This document shows, piece after piece, positions 35,660 to 48,751 of a stretch of DNA of 57,071 nucleotides. This stretch comes from Octopus bimaculoides (Eukaryota): positions 47,974,378 through 48,031,448 of the forward strand of contig NC_068989.1 of the NCBI RefSeq assembly GCF_001194135.2. Direction: 5' to 3'. The position numbers were made by a program, and so were the translations under genes. How positions within the stretch are numbered: position 1 is the stretch's first letter; each line of letters opens with the position of its first letter. The notes beneath the pieces were generated by a model. The model worked only from the letters and a program-made list of their open reading frames with translations. It had not been told where the DNA came from and searched no databases.

Positions 35660-36400
35660 NNNNNNNNNNNNNNNNNNNNNNNNNNNNNNNNNNNNNNNNN
35701 NNNNNNNNNNNNNNNNNNNNNNNNNNNNNNNNNNNNNNNNNNNNNNNNNNNNNNNNNNNNNNNNNNNNNNNNNNNNNNNNNNNNNNNNNNNNNNNNNNNN
35801 NNNNNNNNNNNNNNNNNNNNNNNNNNNNNNNNNNNNNNNNNNNNNNNNNNNNNNNNNNNNNNNNNNNNNNNNNNNNNNNNNNNNNNNNNNNNNNNNNNNN
35901 NNNNNNNNNNNNNNNNNNNNNNNNNNNNNNNNNNNNNNNNNNNNNNNNNNNNNNNNNNNNNNNNNNNNNNNNNNNNNNNNNNNNNNNNNNNNNNNNNNNN
36001 NNNNNNNNNNNNNNNNNNNNNNNNNNNNNNNNNNNNNNNNNNNNNNNNNNNNNNNNNNNNNNNNNNNNNNNNNNNNNNNNNNNNNNNNNNNNNNNNNNNN
36101 NNNNNNNNNNNNNNNNNNNNNNNNNNNNNNNNNNNNNNNNNNNNNNNNNNNNNNNNNNNNNNNNNNNNNNNNNNNNNNNNNNNNNNNNNNNNNNNNNNNN
36201 NNNNNNNNNNNNNNNNNNNNNNNNNNNNNNNNNNNNNNNNNNNNNNNNNNNNNNNNNNNNNNNNNNNNNNNNNNNNNNNNNNNNNNNNNNNNNNNNNNNN
36301 NNNNNNNNNNNNNNNNNNNNNNNNNNNNNNNNNNNNNNNNNNNNNNNNNNNNNNNNNNNNNNNNNNNNNNNNNNNNNNNNNNNNNNNNNNNNNNNNNNNN

Positions 36401-36436
<36 letters not shown>

Positions 36437-36779
36437 TACATATATGTACATATACTCACATACGTACATATTCGCACAATTAAAAAGGAAAAAGGAAGCA
36501 ATGGAAAAATAGATATAAAAGATTAAAAATTAAAAATTAATGTAAGTAAAAACATATGGGAAAGCTTGTGTAGGAACATAGTGAAAATGAGGATTCTAGC
36601 CGTCATCTTGTGGGGCCCAAAACCGTACCGGGTAATTTGTCACATGTGGACATGAACTAAAATGTTCAGTTCTTGAATTTTGACACATAGTGGGGTCGAA
36701 GGAACTTTTCCAAATGAACCATCTTTCCATATTGCAAAGACCGCACTTATAGTATAAGGTTTACACTTGGCTAAGTTCC

Positions 36780-37186
36780 ATTATATATATATGTGCGTGC
36801 GTGTGTGTGTGTGTGTGTGTCTTTATGTCTGTGTATGTCCCCTACAACAATATCGCTTGATAATCGATGTTGGTGTGCTTACGTCCCCGTATCTAGCGGT
36901 TCAGCAAAAAGGTGGGGGCGATAGAATAAGTCCCGGGGTTGATTTGTTCCACTAACACTCTGCAAGGCGGTGCTCCAGTATGGCTGCAGTCAAATTACTG
37001 AAACAAGTAAAACAATAAAAGAATGTGTCTGTGTGGCAAGTAGCTTGCTTACCAACCACATGGTTCCGGGTTCAGTCCCACTGCGTGGCATCTTGGGCAA
37101 GTGTCTTCTACTATAGCCTCGGGCCGACCGAAGCCTTGTGAGTGGATTTGGTAGACGGAAACTGAAAGAAGCTCGTCGTATATATG

Positions 37187-37217
<31 letters not shown>

Positions 37218-37323
37218 TTGTGTGTCTATGTTTGTCCCCCTAGCATTGCTTGACAACCGATGCTGGTGTGTTTATGTCCCCGTCACTTAGCGGTTCGGCA
37301 AAAAGAGACTGATAGAATAAGTA
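36780..37323 (+). mobile_element. Tandem SINE family A copies: a 3' half (36780-37025) directly followed by a near-complete copy cut by a gap (37030-37323)
   Basis: ..aaggcggtgctccagtatggctgcagtcaaattactgaaac..; then tgtgtggcaagtagcttgcttaccaaccacatggttccgggttcagtccc.. Confidence 0.85.
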
Positions 37324-37759
37324 NNNNNNNNNNNNNNNNNNNNNNNNNNNNNNNNNNNNNNNNNNNNNNNNNNNNNNNNNNNNNNNNNNNNNNNNNNNNN
37401 NNNNNNNNNNNNNNNNNNNNNNNNNNNNNNNNNNNNNNNNNNNNNNNNNNNNNNNNNNNNNNNNNNNNNNNNNNNNNNNNNNNNNNNNNNNNNNNNNNNN
37501 NNNNNNNNNNNNNNNNNNNNNNNNNNNNNNNNNNNNNNNNNNNNNNNNNNNNNNNNNNNNNNNNNNNNNNNNNNNNNNNNNNNNNNNNNNNNNNNNNNNN
37601 NNNNNNNNNNNNNNNNNNNNNNNNNNNNNNNNNNNNNNNNNNNNNNNNNNNNNNNNNNNNNNNNNNNNNNNNNNNNNNNNNNNNNNNNNNNNNNNNNNNN
37701 NNNNNNNNNNNNNNNNNNNNNNNNNNNNNNNNNNNNNNNNNNNNNNNNNNNNNNNNNNN

Positions 37760-37805
<46 letters not shown>

Positions 37806-38589
37806 CTGAATACTGTATCGACCAGATTATCAAATATTGTTAGATATCATTGGTCAAAATGCTTTTGCTCGCCTTCAAACGATGCCACGTCATTGGGTAG
37901 GTGGTAAAAGCAATTGCTGTAATATAAACAAGGCTTGCATGGAAAAATTAAAATGACTCGATAATTGATAAATAAATTTTATTAATCAATGCATCACTTA
38001 CACTTCGTCTCATATTAAAATTAGACAGAAAATTCCGATAACGTAACATGCAATACAATTTCAGTTCAAAAGCAATAAATGTTGCTTGATCTGTGATGAA
38101 AAATAAAAGTCTAAAAGAATGAAAAGAAGTAGTGGAATATCACAGCTGTTTCAAAGGGGCAATGAGTACATACTACTTAATATTATGAATGTTTCATGGA
38201 TATCCGGTGCTCTTTTTCATCAGGTATATGCAGCCATTCTGTTAAAATTATCTGTCGTAATGAATAATACACAACACCAGGCTAACAGAGAATCAAAAAG
38301 AGGAAATGGAATGTGAAACTGATAAAGAGGAAATATGCCATACTCACACATTGCTTTAGGTAGAAAAATTGGTGTGAGGTTTCAATTCGTTATCTGCATG
38401 CTAAAATTTACGGTGCGGCTACAGGAGATTCTAACGTGATTAATGTCTATTTGGTGTCAATGAAAGGAAGGTGGCGCACGAAAAATTGGAATGTTTATTA
38501 CTGAGGAAGAATAATGTAAGTAATAAAAGATTATTTTCAAGCGAAAAATATAGGAAGGAGAAATGTATACAGTAATTTTATATTTTATA

Positions 38590-39000
38590 GGTGCAGGTGT
38601 GGCTGTGTGGTAAGAAGCTTGCTTCTCAACCACATGGTTTCGGTTTCAATCTCATTGCGAGATAGCTTGGAAAAGAGTCTTCATCTATAGCTTGGCACCG
38701 TCCAACACTCTTGTGGACTTGGTTGAAGGAAACTTAAAAAGACCGTCGTATATATATGTGTGTCTGTGTGTGTGTGTGTGTATCTACGTGTGTGCGTCTT
38801 TGTGTCTGTGTTTATCACCCCCGTTACTGTTTGACAACCAGTGTTGGTGTGTTTACATCGAAGCAACTTACCGCTTCGACGAAAGAATCGATAGAGTAAG
38901 TACCAGACTTTAAAAAAAACCGTCTGATGTCGATTCATTCGACTAAAACCCTTCAAGGCGTCTTTTCAGTATTGCCACACTCAAAGTAAAAGATAAAACA
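38590..39000 (+). mobile_element. SINE family A, diverged full-length copy
   Basis: ggtgcaggtgtggctgtgtggtaagaagcttgc..gtcgattcattcgactaaaacccttcaaggcg. Confidence 0.85.
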
Positions 39001-39306
39001 TAAAGGATATATTTTTTTCTTTATTTGTGAATTAAGGCTACCATTGGTTTCATATTACGAAAAGTAGGAAAATATCCGAGTGTCTTAACAATTTTTCAAG
39101 CCGATCATATGTGGAAAGATGTTCGCCTCCATTTTGAAAAACAGGCGAACACCTTTCCCTACGGGATCGGCTTGAAATTTTTTAAGACACTAAGATATAT
39201 TCCTACTTTTCTTAACACGAAACCAATGGTCGCCTTAATTCACAAATTAAGAAATTCTGTATCCACCTATACATTGTTGAGCACTTATTTCATCGTTCGA
39301 GATTTG

Positions 39307-39361
<55 letters not shown>

Positions 39362-39829
39362 ATATGTATGTGTATATATATATACATGTATGTATGTATG
39401 TATATCGAATATAAACAATCTGTGTAAAAACGAGTTACATTAATATTTAAATATACACACACATTCATTTGCACATTATTTATATAGTCATGTGCAAAAT
39501 CAGAAAAACTGTAGAAAGTGAAAGATTCTTATATAACTGTTACAGGGACGATAGTTTTGATGTATTCGAAATACATTTATTTAAAAATACATTTGAAAAC
39601 CAAAGCTTAAATGTGTTCTGTATCACCAGAACAAGAATAGGTGGTGTGTAACTCTAAATAAAATAGTGCGATGGAAAATCTTTATAGGATTATAAAATGA
39701 CGTATGAACATGATACATATAAATTAATATATATACAAAGATGTGTGTGTTTGTGTTTATGCGTATTTGTATAATTTGGCATGTGTGTACGTGTGTCCAT
39801 CTATGTATAAGTTGCATAACATACAAATA

Positions 39830-39908
<79 letters not shown>

Positions 39909-40569
39909 ACATAGTTGCATTGGAGAAGACCTATCAAATGATGCAACATATAGATACATATAATNNNNNNNNNNNNNNNNNNNNNNNNNNNNNNNNNNNN
40001 NNNNNNNNNNNNNNNNNNNNNNNNNNNNNNNNNNNNNNNNNNNNNNNNNNNNNNNNNNNNNNNNNNNNNNNNNNNNNNNNNNNNNNNNNNNNNNNNNNNN
40101 NNNNNNNNNNNNNNNNNNNNNNNNNNNNNNNNNNNNNNNNNNNNNNNNNNNNNNNNNNNNNNNNNNNNNNNNNNNNNNNNNNNNNNNNNNNNNNNNNNNN
40201 NNNNNNNNNNNNNNNNNNNNNNNNNNNNNNNNNNNNNNNNNNNNNNNNNNNNNNNNNNNNNNNNNNNNNNNNNNNNNNNNNNNNNNNNNNNNNNNNNNNN
40301 NNNNNNNNNNNNNNNNNNNNNNNNNNNNNNNNNNNNNNNNNNNNNNNNNNNNNNNNNNNNNNNNNNNNNNNNNNNNNNNNNNNNNNNNNNNNNNNNNNNN
40401 NNNNNNNNNNNNNNNNNNNNNNNNNNNNNNNNNNNNNNNNNNNNNNNNNNNNNNNNNNNNNNNNNNNNNNNNNNNNNNNNNNNNNNNNNNNNNNNNNNNN
40501 NNNNNNNNNNNNNNNNNNNNNNNNNNNNNNNNNNNNNNNNNNNNNNNNNNNNNNNNNNNNNNNNNNNNN

Positions 40570-40607
<38 letters not shown>

Positions 40608-41117
40608 CAGAGATAGACGGACAGACACAGAAGCAGAGAGAGGTCCAATATTTTGACATAAACATAGATAGATAAATGTACGTTGGTATTTGTGTAGTTG
40701 CGTATGCATGTAACTATATAAGCTATGTGTGCATTTGATTTTTTTTTTTTTGGGATTATTATTTTAATATTATTTTGTATGTATTTATGCATATGTGTGT
40801 ATGTATTTTTATATGGATACAGAGACTGTGAGAGGGAGAGATGTGTGGGCATACACATCTTTTATGTTATAGCCTCAGATAGATTTTTAGTTTACTCATA
40901 TATAATAGTAACCTATTTGTTTTTTACTCCTCTTGCTAGTGAATTTCGCAACGCTTCAACGGCCGAAATTTAAAAACCGGCATCATGCAAATAATTAAGT
41001 ATCGTGTGTATAGATAGATAGATGTGTGTGTGTGTGTGTGTGTTTGTGTGTGTTTGTGTGTGCACACGCGTTTGTGTATACATACATACACACGCACATA
41101 CATACAAACATATATAG

Positions 41118-41191
<74 letters not shown>

Positions 41192-41379
41192 GTACACCTC
41201 CTTTACTGATGTGGTTTGGGCTGAGGTTAACTGGAATTTAATAGAAATATATTTTCCGCAGGAAAACAAATACAGGAAATAGTTCAATAACCCTACAATG
41301 CAGATCACTGGTAGCACGTCTTGCATTAAACAAATTATATTATGTTATCCCCGACCCCAACAATAGATGTTGTAACACG

Positions 41380-41540
41380 GAAGTGACCGTTTATGACAGT
41401 GGACAAATTTGCGAATACCAACGAGAAAACCAGCCTAAAACAATATGTTAGAATGACCGACAGATCCTTCAAGCGAAGATTTCAGAATCACATTGCTTCA
41501 TTCAGAAACACATAAAATAGGATACTACAAAGCGTGCAAG
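41380..41540 (+). mobile_element. Penelope-like element GIY-YIG endonuclease fragment, decayed
   Basis: KQYVRMTDRSFKRRFQNHIASFRN resembles the PLE Y(I/V)GxT.R.FK.R...H..SF motif, with a G-to-R change. Confidence 0.55.
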
Positions 41541-42026
41541 CTGTATTTAACATATAGGGATTGACAAAGCGTTAGACATACCCGTTTCCGCTTCTTCCCA
41601 ACTTGCTTCTCTTCTTTCTCCTTTACTAGTCCTCCATATTTCACTCGCTCTTACACGCCTTCTAAAACCTCCGATCCGACTGCGTAATCTGGTACATCAT
41701 CCCCCACCCGTTTTTCCCCTATATTAATGTGCGCGTAACCCATACATGAGCCTCCCGATAGAGAACTTTTTTAATCCTTGTACCTATTATCCTGGATCTT
41801 TTCCTTCCCCTCTTCCGTTTCGAACTATTTCCATTCTCTGGATTTCTCCATGCAGCATGTCGATGTTCGGTTTAGTCCGGAACGGTGGTTTCCCAGAACA
41901 TCGTCTCTGACGCGAACAATGCACTCTCCAAACACTCCCATGAATTCCATCACCACACTTTTTTTCTCTCACACAGGCATCACAATCTAACATAACCATG
42001 ACAGTCATGTATACATAACTAACTTA

Positions 42027-42330
42027 CATTCCGTCGGTTACAACGTCGAGGATTCCACTTGATCCGTTGCTCCGATCAACGGAACAACTTGCACCTGAAT
42101 TTAATGTGCAAGTGGCTAAGCAGTCCACAGGCAAACATACCCTTAGCGTAGTTCTCAGGGAGATTCGGTGTGACACAGAATTTGACAAGGCTAGCCCTTT
42201 GAAATACAAGTACTACTCACTTTTGCTAGCAGAATGAAATAATGTGTCTTGCTCAAGGACACAACGCGCTGCCGAGAATCGAACTCATATTACGTTCGTG
42301 AGTCAAATAACTTAATCATTAAGTCACGTG
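42027..42330 (-). mobile_element. tRNA-derived SINE (family D head plus the tail shared with family C)
   Basis: ccgtcggttacaacgtcgagg..gatccgttgctccgatcaacggaac..cccttgaaatac..ttgctcaaggacacaacgcgctgccgagaatcgaactc. Confidence 0.85.
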
Positions 42331-43090
42331 TCTTCACTCATGTATGCATACACTTTCATACAGACATATTCGCTCTACATCCACAAAAACACACATACAT
42401 AGATAACATATACACACACAAACACATGTGCGCATATTTATACATACTGACTTACTGTTGCCTTCATTGTTCATCTCATAATTATGAAATTGTTTCCATT
42501 CTCCAGTTTCTGGTATCTCTAAACTTTCCTAAGTTCCAATAACTTGACACAGACTAAAACACATTTCTATTTTCCTTAAATTTTTCTTTACCTACATCCT
42601 TTATTCCTTTTTAACTTGAGATCATCAAAGAATTCCACTTCCTTCCTTTTTCTCGAGCATCAATGTATGAATTATACGTTCTTTTCAGTTAGTTTCTCTC
42701 TTCTATTATATCTTGTCTACGTGTGTCAGTTGAGGTTGACTAGTGTTCCCCATAAGCTGCAACTACTTCCTCAAACACAGCGGATATGAAATTCTGATGC
42801 GGTTTTACATCCTAACAATTTAGCCTTAAAGAGGGACTCTGTCTAAAGGGTTTGATGCTTCACTCTCAATGGCAATAATCAATGATCTCTTTTTGTCACT
42901 ATTTCCGAACAAAGCAAATCTTGTCGACGCCAGTCTCCTAGGATTCTATCTTATCATTCATATATATATATATATATANNNNNNNNNNNNNNNNNNNNNN
43001 NNNNNNNNNNNNNNNNNNNNNNNNNNNNNNNNNNNNNNNNNNNNNNNNNNNNNNNNNNNNNNNNNNNNNNNNNNNNNNNNNNNNNNNNNN

Positions 43091-43272
43091 ACATTTCGAG
43101 CATGTGGCGTAGATAAGCAGCCGACAACTGATGAAGGGTCGTTCTTTATGTTACTTGTTTTGTTTTCCATTTGTTTCTCTCGTCGTTCGCATAAAAATGT
43201 TTGTCTCCGTATTTCATGTTGTTTTCGTATTTCGTATTTCGTGTTGTTTACGTTTTGTGACATCCTGTACCC

Positions 43273-43275
<3 letters not shown>
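43091..43275. repeat. Unclassified dispersed-repeat fragment, possibly non-coding PLE sequence
   Basis: tttcgagcatgtggcgtagataagc..ctgatgaagggtcg..ttttgtgacatcctgtaccc; classification from memory only. Confidence 0.3.
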
Positions 43276-43305
<30 letters not shown>

Positions 43306-43650
43306 AGTATGTACACATATATATATATATGCCTATATATATATTTATATTATCATATATANNNNNNNNNNNNNNNNNNNNNNNNNNNNNNNNNNNNNNN
43401 NNNNNNNNNNNNNNNNNNNNNNNNNNNNNNNNNNNNNNNNNNNNNNNNNNNNNNNNNNNNNNNNNNNNNNNNNNNNNNNNNNNNNNNNNNNNNNNNNNNN
43501 NNNNNNNNNNNNNNNNNNNNNNNNNNNNNNNNNNNNNNNNNNNNNNNNNNNNNNNNNNNNNNNNNNNNNNNNNNNNNNNNNNNNNNNNNNNNNNNNNNNN
43601 NNNNNNNNNNNNNNNNNNNNNNNNNNNNNNNNNNNNNNNNNNNNNNNNNN

Positions 43651-43694
<44 letters not shown>

Positions 43695-44204
43695 GCATGT
43701 GAAATTTTATTATGCGAAATAGGACGTGGGACTTATAATATTACAAAAGTTAATGCAACCATACGTACTATGCACTTGTTATATTATTTATATTATACAT
43801 TATATTATTTTCTTGTTGTTATTGTTTTGGAAGTAGTTAACCCCTTGACCAATCAATAATAATGCAAGAAGTCATACAGAATACCTGCTTGTGTTTTTAT
43901 TGGCATAATGACCCTCCTGAGATAAAATTATGTATGCGTGTGTGGGATGAGAGTGTAAGAGGTGGGTGTTTTGCATGCATGTGTGTATATGTATGTATAA
44001 TCCAAAAGCAATTCTTAGAATAGGTTAAAAAAAACAATTAGGTTTAAGCTCAGGATAAATGAAAGGAGCGGCTAAAGTCTACATGTCGCTCTTCTGCAGA
44101 AAAACTAGACGAGGAGAAAAAAATGGATGGAGAGAAAAAGTCAAGCGTTTCTGAATTAAACAGTCAAAGCATGTATGTATTTACATTAGAAGTTTGGAAA
44201 TAAT

Positions 44205-44569
44205 CATGAGGCACTCCGTCGGTTACGACGACGAGGGTTCCGGTTGATCCGATCAACGGAACAGCTTGCTCGTGAAATTAACGTACAAGTGGCTGAGCAC
44301 TCCACAGACACGTGTACACTTAACGTAGTTCTCGGGGACATTCAGCGTGACAAGGCTGACCCTTTGAAATAAAGGTACAACAGAAAAAGGAAGAAAGAGT
44401 AAGAGAAAGCTGTGGTGAAAGAGTACAGCACGGTTCCCCAGCAGACCCTACCGGAGCCTCGTGGAGCTTTAGGTGTTTTCGCTCAATAAACACTCACAAC
44501 GCCCGGTCTGGGAATCGAAACCGCGATCCTACGACCGCGATTCCGCTGCCCTAACCATTGCGCCTCCAC
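44205..44569 (-). mobile_element. Complete tRNA-derived SINE (family C) with 9-bp TSD
   Basis: Minus strand gtggaggcgcaatggttagggcagcggaatcgcggtcgtaggatcgcggtttcgattcccagacc..gacggagtgc; ggaaataat at 44196-44204 and 44570-44578. Confidence 0.9.
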
Positions 44570-45111
44570 GGAAATAATTATATTGCGTACATGAAATAAG
44601 AAAAGTGATTCGTCTCTACTCTGTTGGTCTTGTGACCGTCAAAATTTTACTGTTCGTATAAGGTTTGAATCTACGCCGTTCAAATAGTGATGTTAATGGC
44701 TTCATTTTGATGCAACGTCTGGTGTAAATATTCTAAGATTTACTTTTCTATTTCTAAAACTTTATTGATCTGAAAACTGAAGAAACAAAAATTCCTAACA
44801 CATATTCAAAAAGATTTTGTGAAGTGTTGCGTTCAGAACAAATTATGAACACTGCATATAAATGTTGGGTATTTGTATAAAAGTTGTACGAAAATATTGC
44901 AATGTTGAATGCTCACTAAATAAAACTGCCATGGTTGAGTGTGTATGTATGTTTATGGAGGTAGACTTACACTTGTGATTTGTGTGTATATCATATTATT
45001 TAATGTATATTTTTTCGTATGTAAATAAAGATATCAACCACTTGGATCAAGTTTAATTTCGTTACTGGGTATGATTCTACCACCGTAATTACCTTAATAT
45101 TAATCAAACTT

Positions 45112-45310
45112 AAGGCGGCGAGCTAACAGCTCAACGGGCAAAATGCTTTGCGGTATTCGTCCGTCTTTACGAGCTTAGTTCAAATTCCGCCGAAGTCGAC
45201 TTTGCCTTTCATTCTTCGGATTGATAAAATAAGTACCAATTAAGTACTGGGGGTCGATGTAATCGAAATAGCCTCTTCCCCGAAAATGTTAGCCTTGTGC
45301 TAAAACCAAT
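45112..45310 (+). mobile_element. SINE family B copy
   Basis: aaggcggcgagct..ttcaaattccgccgaagtcgactttgcctttcattc..ggggtcgatgtaatcga. Confidence 0.85.
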
Positions 45311-46279
45311 ATTACCTAAACTGTATTTTTTTCCCACTGCGATATAATGGGCTGTGCGTATACATGTATGTATATGTTTATATGTATGCATCCTTGTGTG
45401 TGTGTGTGTGTGTGCGTGTGTATGTGTGTGTGCCAATGAATTCAAGGAGACGAATGACGTTTTGGTTTTCAGTTTATACTATCAGAAGCCTTCGAAGAAG
45501 TTGAGACTGTCGTAGTTGCGAAAAGAAAGTGTCACAACAATCACTTGGACAGTAAAGAAATAATTAAAGAGAAGACGTACCAATAAAGTGGATGGGATTC
45601 CTTTGAATGGTGCTTGCATTGTGTTTAAGTGAAACTAATTCAATAGAAATATACTTGTTGCTTTGGTAGTTGTCACGGTATTTATAGTAGTACTAGCAGT
45701 AATAGAATTTTTTATTGTAGTGCCGGTAGTACTTGGGATGGTGCTTGTGGTGTTAGTGATGGTAATGATAGTGGTAAAAATAATCTGAACTGGCACAACC
45801 GTTAGAGCGTCGAAGAAATTGCTTTGTGACATTAGATAAAAACTACAAACTACTTTACGTTTTGAATTTCAATTCCTGTCGAAGTTACTCTGTCGTTCAT
45901 CTCAGCGGAGTCGACAAAACTTCTATCAGTTATTTAGTGAGATGAATCTAAGAGGAAGTTGATTTGGTAATTTCTTGAGAACAGACACTGATCCTGAGCT
46001 GCTATTAAGGAAGCCATCTATTTCTAGCTTAAGTCCAGATGTAGTGAACCACTAATGAATCATCTTTATATCAGCACCAGAATCGTTGCCCTTGAAGACT
46101 ATTTGCTATATAATAATTTACTCTCCCATGTATTTCGCAGCGCTGAGATTCTGTGTGATTTGGCTTGTATTTGTTTTGCTTTCACTGAGGGTCCTTCTGT
46201 TTCATTTAATTGCACCTCATATTCGGTCATCTTTAATTGCTTTAAACGATGATCTTTAAGTATTGCCATCTTCGTTATT

Positions 46280-46397
46280 CAAATTCCGCCGAGGTTAGTT
46301 TGTCCTTTCAAAGTCGATTAAATAAGTACCAGCTCAGCACTGAGTCAATATAATCGACTTACCCCACATCCCCTAAAAATTGCAAGCCTTGTGTTAC
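46280..46397 (+). mobile_element. SINE family B fragment
   Basis: caaattccgccgagg..aaataagtaccagctcagcactgagtcaatataatcgactta..gccttgtg. Confidence 0.7.
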
Positions 46398-46403
46398 GTG
46401 CAA

Positions 46404-47320
46404 TGTGGTCGATAGAAGTGCCACTCTGGCGTTCTACAGAGGGTTAGTGGTGGGCAAGTGATTTGACGTTCTCAAGGACTGAACTGGCTGGTCTGTTCCG
46501 GAGAAGTTTTGGAGCCTGTGGATAATTACCATAAATCTAAAATTCACATTTGTTTTTTGTGTTTTTTTTTCTTAAATGAATAGTAAAAATAGCAGTGCTA
46601 TGGGGTCGAGATAAAGTCTACAGGCCCGAGACGAAACTGTTCTGCACGCTCTCGTCCAGTATCCGAAGATAAGTTTAATTGATTAAGTCGTCCTAGGATA
46701 GCATCTACTTTTACTGCTAGGGAGGGAACTGTTCAAGGGTGAATAACAGAAGCAGATGAGATAATTATTGGAGTGTTTGTGAGGTTATGTCGAAGACCTG
46801 CTGTCACGTGTAGGATGGATCCAGCTATCGGCTGAGTCTATGGTGAAGATCGTCCCTCCTTTCTTTGGCCGGGAAGAACAAGCAGTGTTTATTGCTGCCT
46901 GGTGGCCTTAGCAGAAGAGGTTGGGTGGTGGTCAAGATTAAAAGGGCTGAAGACATTACATTACTTTCCTCTTTGGCCAAGGAAAGTAAAGGTGGAGAGG
47001 GAAGTCCCCCCACCCCATCTTTTTGCTAAAAAGTGGGTGAATGTTGCAATAATGGTATAAGTGAACTCTAAGCGTGCGCCTGTAGGCTGAATGAGGGTAT
47101 TTTGGAGAGGGCACTTGCCCTAGAGGTTAGGGTAACCGTAGTATTGCGAGGTCTCCACGAGCAGCCCTAGGAAGTCTCCCGCTTTTGAAGAATTATTCAT
47201 TATTATAATTTTATATTGGCACTGTTTTTGTTTTACTTTTTAGTTGCTTTTATGTAACCCGACATTGCTCTGTACCGTACCTGATGATATTTGTGAACCC
47301 TAAGAGGTTAATAAAGAAAA
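46404..47320 (+). mobile_element. Tx1/L1-clade LINE 3' end (ORF2 C-terminus, 3' UTR, AATAAA), decayed, with small insertions
   Basis: TLAFYRGLV..LAGLFRRSFG..RDKVYR..ETVLHALVQYP..YVEDLLSRVGWIQLSAESMVKIVPP..CLVALAEEV.WWSRLKGLKT..RKVKVERE..KKWVNVA across frames; AATAAA at 47310-47315. Confidence 0.7.
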
Positions 47321-47394
47321 CATTGTTATCATCATCATCATCATCATCTTTATCATCATCATCATTACCAAGATTATCATTATTATTGTTATTA

Positions 47395-47515
47395 TTGAGT
47401 GAGAGAGCAGTGAATGCCATCAAAGTGACACTGGGGTAAAATTTACGAAGCCCAGTATACCCACCATGACTACCCGTCTGATAAGAGTACACCAGGCATA
47501 TGCATCTCAACCATA
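47395..47515 (-). mobile_element. Short copy of an unclassified (ATT)n-embedded repeat (family X)
   Basis: gagtgagagagcagtgaatgccatcaaagtgacactggggtaaaat..caaccata, between ATT tracts; same terminus as 47795-48282. Confidence 0.75.
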
Positions 47516-47518
47516 ATA

Positions 47519-47568
<50 letters not shown>

Positions 47569-47569
<1 letters not shown>

Positions 47570-47794
47570 AGTGGCTAGCTGGCAGAATGGTTAGCACACC
47601 CGGCAAAATGCTTAGCAGCGTTTTGTCCATCCTCACGTTCTGAGTTCAAATTCCACCGAGGTCAACTTTGCCGTTCATCCTTTCCTGGCCAATGAGATAA
47701 GTACCATGTATGCACTGGTGTTGATCGAATCAAATATCCCCTCCCCCAAATTTTCAGGTATTGTGCCTAGAGTAGAAAGGATTATTATTATTAC
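47569..47794 (+). mobile_element. SINE family B with (ATT)n tail
   Basis: gctggcagaatggttagcac..gttctgagttcaaattccaccgaggtcaactttgcc..gcctagagtagaaaggattattattatt. Confidence 0.85.
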
Positions 47795-48282
47795 TGAGTG
47801 AAAGAGGAGTGGATGCCATCAAAGTGACACTGGGGTAAAATATACAAAACCCAGTATACCCATCGCGACTATCTGTCTGATAATGGTACACCAGGCACAT
47901 GCATCACAACCATATGTGTGCCACATAATGATCCCATATCAAGATAAACAGTGCATGACCTTGCAGGTGGAGCCCAGTTAGAATTTTCTTCAAGTCGAGT
48001 AGCCCATCCCGCTCAAAAGGTCCCTGAATAAGGGTTGTTTAAGGGTGTTGAACGAAACACCAGTGTTTCTAGAGGTGAATGATTCAAACACCAAAGAATT
48101 CTTCTCAGCGCATGGCTGTCATGCTCTTCGACTAATTCTGATCGTGATGGGAGATGCACATATCGTCAGCCACTAAGGAACCTGCTCAACCGGTTAAGGT
48201 CAAACAGCTGACGAGCAAATCTATGGTATTGAGCAGAATATTTGCTGTAGCCCAAAGACGAAATATGTACATGATAACACTT
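47795..48282 (-). mobile_element. Longer copy of (ATT)n-embedded repeat family X
   Basis: The first ~120 bp match 47395-47515; the copy extends ~370 bp further; (ATT)n on both sides. Strand is inferred from the shared terminus. Confidence 0.75.
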
Positions 48283-48286
48283 ATTA

Positions 48287-48317
<31 letters not shown>

Positions 48318-48666
48318 CATCATCATCATCATCATCATCAACAACAACAACCTTATTATTATTATTATTTTTACTATTATTATTATAATTATTATTATTA
48401 TTATTATTATTACTTCTTCTGTAATCTTATTTTCATTGTGTGCTTTCAATATACAATTTCGCGCAGCTGTGTGTACCATGGCTACAGGCGATGTTACGCT
48501 TCGTTTTATTTGTATGTGTATGAGTGTGTGTGCATGTGTGTGCGTGTGTGTGTGTGTTTTTATATTATGTCGAATGTACTCTACGTAATGAGTACAGTTC
48601 TTCTGCTGCTAATTATTTGTATGTTGCGTACGGTGTACTATAATTCATATTTAATCATTATTGTTT

Positions 48667-48751
<85 letters not shown>

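Noticed and set aside
36640-36775. Minus-strand NLAKCKPYTISAVFAIWKDGSFGKVPS, loosely like an FN3 C-terminus
   Set aside because: No credible splice sites, and the similarity is too weak to support.
41850-41990. FSPERWF motif resembling the cytochrome P450 PERF/W motif after an acceptor-like cag
   Set aside because: The surrounding residues do not fit P450, there is no donor site, no heme motif follows, and a stop comes soon after.
43091-43160. CTGATGA as a hammerhead ribozyme core
   Set aside because: No GAAA follows a stem II on the same strand. The CTGATGT/CTGAAA spacing in the 958-1112 repeat also does not fit.
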